From Desulfomicrobium sp. (GTDB lineage: Bacteria; Desulfobacterota; Desulfovibrionia; Desulfovibrionales; Desulfomicrobiaceae), in the NCBI GenBank assembly GCA_040768745.1, contig JAXGMI010000002.1, positions 160,001 through 224,000 of the forward strand: a stretch of 64,000 bases of DNA, given 5' to 3'. The notes under the pieces were generated by a model. The model was not told the DNA's origin. It did no database searches and worked only from the letters and a program-made list of their open reading frames with translations. Positions within the stretch are counted from its first letter, which is position 1, and each line of letters starts with the position of its first letter. Shown one piece after another: positions 59,546-64,000 of this stretch. Both the position numbers and the translations under genes were made by a program.

Positions 59546-60130
59546 CTACAGCACGTGGACCTCGCTGTTGTCCAATTTGCGCAGGTCATGAGGGTAGTTG
59601 ACGTTGAAGAAAAATTTGCCGTCATTCTCCGCATAGGTAATTGTATGGCGCAAGGATGGGGGGATGAGTCGGCTCAATTTGAAGACTCCCCGGGCCACAC
59701 CCTGTTCGAGATGAGGAAGAGCCCCGTCTTCGTAGATGGCGACCAAGGCCTCGATAAACCCCGTGCCCCCTTGTTCCCATGTGGTCATCACGCAGTGGGG
59801 AGGGCGCTTGGCGTGGGCCTGCAGGAGCTGTCGCACAACGCTGTCTTCCATGAATGGCAGGTCGCAGGCCAGCACAAGCAGCGGCCCACCCAGGCGCCTG
59901 AGGGCAGTGATGATGCCGCCCACCGGTCCCATCCGCTCCGTCGCATCAACAATGACCGGCAGGGGCAACGGCATGGTTTCCGGGTGCCTGCAGGAGATAT
60001 AGACCTCTTCGCAATGCCGGCCCAGAAGTGCTGCCGAGCGTTCCAAAAGGGTCTGTCCTCCATGTAGGACTGCAGTTTTGTCTTGCCCCAGGCGGGAGGA
60101 TTGTCCCCCTGCCAGCACGACTCCTCTCAT
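59546..60130 (-). CDS. mobA: Molybdenum cofactor guanylyltransferase
   Basis: VLAGGQSSRLG.DK, GP.GGI, ACDLPF, FFNVN.P.D. Confidence 0.93.
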   Translation of the reverse strand: MRGVVLAGGQSSRLGQDKTAVLHGGQTLLERSAALLGRHCEEVYISCRHPETMPLPLPVIVDATERMGPVGGIITALRRLGGPLLVLACDLPFMEDSVVRQLLQAHAKRPPHCVMTTWEQGGTGFIEALVAIYEDGALPHLEQGVARGVFKLSRLIPPSLRHTITYAENDGKFFFNVNYPHDLRKLDNSEVHVL

Positions 60131-60293
60131 GTTCTCCCCGGTATGTCAGTTTCGTTGGCCTGTCCTTGCCGGAGACGTCACAGGGAATCCACCGGCATGA
60201 ACGCACCCCTGCGAAAGTGACGCTGCAAAGGACCGTCTTGGAACGCATGTGGTGCCCAGTTCGGTAGGCAGAAGGTTCCTGTTTACGCCCCTG

Positions 60294-61184
60294 TCAGAAT
60301 CCCCAGGCTGAGAGAGTCGGCCGCTTGTATTTTTTCTCCCGGGCCAGGACGTCAAGTCGCAGGGACTCCAGATCGTCCACCAGAGGCAGGGCCCTTCGGT
60401 CAAGGTTCCTGAAATCCGTTGTCTTGATATACATTTTACACGTTTTGCAGGCATTGACGCGCAGTCCCGGCTCTTCAGGACTGTCGTAATATTCGAGTCT
60501 GCCCGTGTCTGTTTCGAGACAGAAGGGGCACTGGAGCCGGGTGGCGCGGTATTCGGCATGACAGAATCCACAGATGTTGTAGCGAAAGCCTTCCTTTTCC
60601 CGCAGATCTGACATGATGGGCATGCTGCCGCACAGGGGGCAGTGTCCGTGGCCCCATGATTTGTTCAGGTCAGTCCGGGCTCCAAGCAGCTCGGCGCAGC
60701 GTTCCAAGGACGGAGTCATGGCTGCCTGCACAAGCATGGGCAGGGTCCGGGGGGCACTCGGGGTGGCAGTGCTCCACTTGGCGAAAAAGTTTTCGTCGCC
60801 GTCTAGATGGGCCTGCATGGCCTCGTCCAGATTGAGTGAGGGCTCTTTCAACGACCTGTCAATGGACGAAGCCGCTTCTTTCAAGGCCGGAGTGCTGGCC
60901 GCAAGGAGTTCCAGGAATTGATGGAAAAGACCCACGGTCTGGTCCCGGTCATACGGGAATTTGTTTCGCGGAAGCAGGGGCGCTCCCTGGGCGTGCTGGA
61001 GTGGGTCGGCGATCCCCAGCGTGGAGGCGGATGAAACCTGGGCCTTTTCGCGCGACTCAAGTTGGGCGGAGTATATCTTTTCGACCAGATGGATCAGGTC
61101 TGCGGGCAGAAAACCCCGTTCTTTGCATGCGTTGATCCGCTTGTTGAGCAATTCCCGTGCATTTCCGGCTGCGAGCATGTGCAT
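60294..61184 (-). CDS. fdhE: Formate dehydrogenase accessory protein
   Basis: CPLCGS.P, CGFC, CPFC, CKTC..YIK. Confidence 0.92.
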   Translation of the reverse strand: MHMLAAGNARELLNKRINACKERGFLPADLIHLVEKIYSAQLESREKAQVSSASTLGIADPLQHAQGAPLLPRNKFPYDRDQTVGLFHQFLELLAASTPALKEAASSIDRSLKEPSLNLDEAMQAHLDGDENFFAKWSTATPSAPRTLPMLVQAAMTPSLERCAELLGARTDLNKSWGHGHCPLCGSMPIMSDLREKEGFRYNICGFCHAEYRATRLQCPFCLETDTGRLEYYDSPEEPGLRVNACKTCKMYIKTTDFRNLDRRALPLVDDLESLRLDVLAREKKYKRPTLSAWGF

Positions 61185-61339
61185 TCTCCGTCAAAGGTGG
61201 AAGAAAAACAAGACATAACCGCCAACTTGCTATCCTTTCTTGCCACATATCACAATGCTTGTTTTATGCCCATGATTCATCTTATGGAATTGTCCGTTTG
61301 ATCGTGTGACATGTCATCCTCAAACGAGGGGAGGGAATC

Positions 61340-61753
61340 ATGACTGACTTTGCACAGGATGTAAGCCTGACCTTGCGTCTCCACTTCTGGCTTGAAAAGG
61401 ATCAGAAGATCTTCCTTGGCATTGGGCGGGCCTTGCTTTTGGAGAAAATAGAGGAGCACGGATCACTCCGGCAGGCCGCCACGGACATGAAAATGTCCTA
61501 CCGGGCAGCCTGGGGTAAACTCAAGGCGGCCGAAGAGAGTGTCGGCAGGCCGCTGGTGCAGAAGGTCAAAGGGCGGGGCCAGCGTTATGAATTGACGCCC
61601 GTGGGACGCCAACTGTCCCGCCAATTTCTGCAGCTCCAGGAGGACATCGAAACATTTGCGCGGACCAAAGCCCAGGAACTTTTCGGTGAAAAGGTGCAGT
61701 ACTACGCTGAGACCTACCCCGAAGGAAAAACACCACCCCTGAAGCCGGAGTAG
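61340..61753 (+). CDS. ModE-family winged-helix regulator (no TOBE domain)
   Basis: G.GRA.LL..I...GSLRQAA..M.MSYRAAWGKL; 137 aa. Confidence 0.88.
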   Translation: MTDFAQDVSLTLRLHFWLEKDQKIFLGIGRALLLEKIEEHGSLRQAATDMKMSYRAAWGKLKAAEESVGRPLVQKVKGRGQRYELTPVGRQLSRQFLQLQEDIETFARTKAQELFGEKVQYYAETYPEGKTPPLKPE

Positions 61754-61756
61754 GTC

Positions 61757-62995
61757 ATGGATCATGGTTTTTTCCGGGTCATCACGCCGGCCCGTTTTCT
61801 GGAACTCCTCGCTGAATTCGCTCCAACTTCAGGAGAGGTGGCGGCCTTGGACGGCTGTCTGGGCCGGGTCCTGGCCGAAGATCTTGTGGCGGAGGAAAAC
61901 ATTCCAGCTCTGGACCGCTCCTGCATGGACGGATACGCACTGCGCGCTGCGGATACGTTCGGGAACAGCGAAGGCAATCCCGGCTACCTCCAACTCGTTC
62001 AGAATGCGGCCATCGACGAGGTGGTCGCTCGGCCGCTTGGGGTGGGCGAATGCATGGGTATTGCCACGGGAGGCTCGCTTCCGCCGGGCGCCGACGCCGT
62101 GATCATGGTCGAGCATACCCAGATCCTTGGTGAAAATACGGTCGAGGTCCGCAAGACCGTGGTGCCCGGGGAGAACGTCATGCTCGTTGGGGAGGACGTG
62201 GCGGCAAATGACGTGGCCTTGCCTGCCGGCCGCAGGCTGCGACCCCAGGACATTGGCCTCATGGCCGCCCTGGGTTTCAATACGGCCCGGGTCCATTGCC
62301 GGCCCCGCTGCGGTATCGTCTCCACAGGGGACGAACTCGTGCCCGTAACGGATAAACCCCGTCCCGGACAGGTCCGGGACGTCAATACGCACACACTTGC
62401 CTGCCTGGCCCGTCAGGCCGGGGCCATACCGGTGCTGCGCGGGCTGGTTCCTGACCAGCGGGAAAGCCTGGTGCGGGTCATATCCGAAAGCCTTGACCAG
62501 GACGACGTGCTTTTCATTTCCGGCGGCAGTTCCATCGGGGTCAGGGACCTGACCATCGATGTCCTGGAGTCCTTTGCGGACAGTGAAATTTTGGCCCACG
62601 GTGTGTCCATCAGCCCTGGCAAGCCAACCATCCTGGCCCGGGTCGGTGACAAGCCTGTTCTCGGTCTGCCGGGTCAGGTCACGTCTGCCCAGATCGTCAT
62701 GCTGGTTTTTGGGCAGCCCCTGCTCGCTCATCTTGGCGGAGATGCGCGAGCCTTTGATCCAGGTCGGAGGACCTTGCGTCCGGCGCGTCTCGGGGCAAAT
62801 CTTTCATCCAAACCCGGCCGGGAAGACTACGTGCGGGTTCGGCTGGAAGACCTTGGCGGAGAACTCGTGGCCATGCCAAGGTTGGGCAAGTCCGGCCTGC
62901 TGCGAACCATGCTCGATGCCGACGGATTGGTGCGTCTGGATGCCCCCTTGGAAGGGATAGCGGCCGGACAGACTGTGGCGGTCTGGGTCTTATAA
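61757..62995 (+). CDS. moeA: Molybdopterin molybdotransferase
   Basis: GRVLAED, RS.MDGYA, GADAV.MVE, STGDEL, SGGSS.G.RD, PGKP. Confidence 0.95.
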   Translation: MDHGFFRVITPARFLELLAEFAPTSGEVAALDGCLGRVLAEDLVAEENIPALDRSCMDGYALRAADTFGNSEGNPGYLQLVQNAAIDEVVARPLGVGECMGIATGGSLPPGADAVIMVEHTQILGENTVEVRKTVVPGENVMLVGEDVAANDVALPAGRRLRPQDIGLMAALGFNTARVHCRPRCGIVSTGDELVPVTDKPRPGQVRDVNTHTLACLARQAGAIPVLRGLVPDQRESLVRVISESLDQDDVLFISGGSSIGVRDLTIDVLESFADSEILAHGVSISPGKPTILARVGDKPVLGLPGQVTSAQIVMLVFGQPLLAHLGGDARAFDPGRRTLRPARLGANLSSKPGREDYVRVRLEDLGGELVAMPRLGKSGLLRTMLDADGLVRLDAPLEGIAAGQTVAVWVL

Positions 62996-63007
62996 CAGGG
63001 AGAACGT

Positions 63008-64000
63008 ATGCAAAAACGCAATGTTTATCTGCACACCATGCCTGTGGCCGAAGCCCTGCGCCTGGCCATAAAGGCCTTGGACCGGGATCGGCTGGTCCGC
63101 AGGGAAACCATTCCTGCCCAATTGGCATCAGGTCGGGTTCTGGCCAGGCCGGTTTATGCCGTGTGCTCGTCCCCCACGTTCCACAGTGCGGCCATGGACG
63201 GCTTCGCTGTGAGGGCAGATACGACCTTTGCTGCCCGGGAAGGTCATCCTCTGCGGTTGGCCAAGGGCACCCAGTGCGTGGCCGTCAACACGGGACATCC
63301 ACTTCCTGAAGGCATGGATGGCGTGCTCATGGTCGAAAAGGTTGTGCGTGAGACTGCGGACTTCATTGAAACGGAAACGCCGGTCTTTCCAATGCAGCAT
63401 GTCCGACGCATCGGTGAGGATATCGTGGCCACGGAACTGCTGCTGCCCCAGAACCGCCAGCTGTCGCCGTACGACGTGGGAGGGCTGCTGAGCGCGGGGA
63501 TCTGGGAGGTGCTGGTGTGGGAGAAGCTGCGCATAGCTTTCATCCCCACGGGCGACGAAGTCCTGGATTTTACCCTCCGTCCACAGCCCAGTCCAGGGCA
63601 GGTCATTGAAAGCAACTCTCAGATTTTTGCCGGACTGGCCGCCGCGCAGGACTGCCTTTTCGAGCGCATACCTCCCGTCCCGGACAACATGGAGGCCCTG
63701 ACCCAAGCTGTGCGGACTGCAGTGGATGGGGAGGCCCACATCGTGGTGGTGGGGGCAGGCTCATCGGCAGGGTCCAAGGACTATTCCAGGTCCATCATTG
63801 AGCGTCTGGGCCGCGTGCTGGTTCACGGAATTGACGTCATGCCCGGCAAGCCATCGATTTTGGGCGTGATCGACGGGAAACTTGTCGTGGGTGCCCCGGG
63901 ATACCCTGTGTCGGCCGTTGTCTGCTTCGAAGAACTGCTCATTCCCATTCTTTCCTGGCTGTCACGGAAGACACGGCCTGAACGGCGGAAGATCGGCGTC
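63008..64000 (+). CDS. moeA: Second MoeA-family protein (3' end runs off the window)
   Basis: Read by hand: MQKRNVYL..., GRVLA.P, SAAMDGFAV, PTGDE, AGSSAGSKD, MPGKP, PGYPVSA. Confidence 0.9.
   Translation, partial: MQKRNVYLHTMPVAEALRLAIKALDRDRLVRRETIPAQLASGRVLARPVYAVCSSPTFHSAAMDGFAVRADTTFAAREGHPLRLAKGTQCVAVNTGHPLPEGMDGVLMVEKVVRETADFIETETPVFPMQHVRRIGEDIVATELLLPQNRQLSPYDVGGLLSAGIWEVLVWEKLRIAFIPTGDEVLDFTLRPQPSPGQVIESNSQIFAGLAAAQDCLFERIPPVPDNMEALTQAVRTAVDGEAHIVVVGAGSSAGSKDYSRSIIERLGRVLVHGIDVMPGKPSILGVIDGKLVVGAPGYPVSAVVCFEELLIPILSWLSRKTRPERRKIGV

Noticed and set aside
60131..60293. fdhD or another small gene between fdhE and mobA
   Set aside because: Too short, and no FdhD-like motif recognised in the frames read.
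1..64000. CRISPR array, rRNA or tRNA genes
   Set aside because: No regularly spaced direct repeats and no recognisable rRNA or tRNA sequence found by eye; a covariance search was not possible.

Overview
A 64-kb, roughly 60% GC chromosomal window from a sulfate-reducing Desulfovibrionales-type bacterium. The taxon is inferred from gene content and style (Desulfomicrobium-like). Contents from left to right: a CBS protein, nnr and a decayed acpS; potABCD; ugd and a eukaryotic-type UDP-glucose pyrophosphorylase; two adjacent IS elements (IS1595/IS1016-like with perfect IRs and an 8-bp target duplication, and IS1634); an ECF transporter whose ATPase appears split into two complementary half-proteins; NUDIX, TlpA, pseudouridine synthase and carbonic anhydrase genes; a KamA-family radical SAM enzyme; a Liv-type ABC operon with a LivF-PaaK fusion and two REP-like doublets; gltB, HU, cysK-cysE and a K+ channel; a catabolic cluster (D-threo-3-hydroxyaspartate dehydratase-like enzyme plus BhcD-like imine reductase, TauX-like, RidA, Tau/Ssu-type ABC, MmsA, AraC); an ATP-grasp/esterase pair; selenocysteine fdhAB; a catalytically dead IS1595-derived protein; a lipoprotein/kinase/REC-STAS sensory module; and Mo/W-cofactor genes. 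No rRNA, tRNA or CRISPR array was recognised. The strongest novelty candidates are the split ECF ATPase, the domesticated transposase with its sensory module at fdh, the dehydratase/imine-reductase pair and the LivF-PaaK fusion. All family assignments come from motif recognition by eye; no searches were run.
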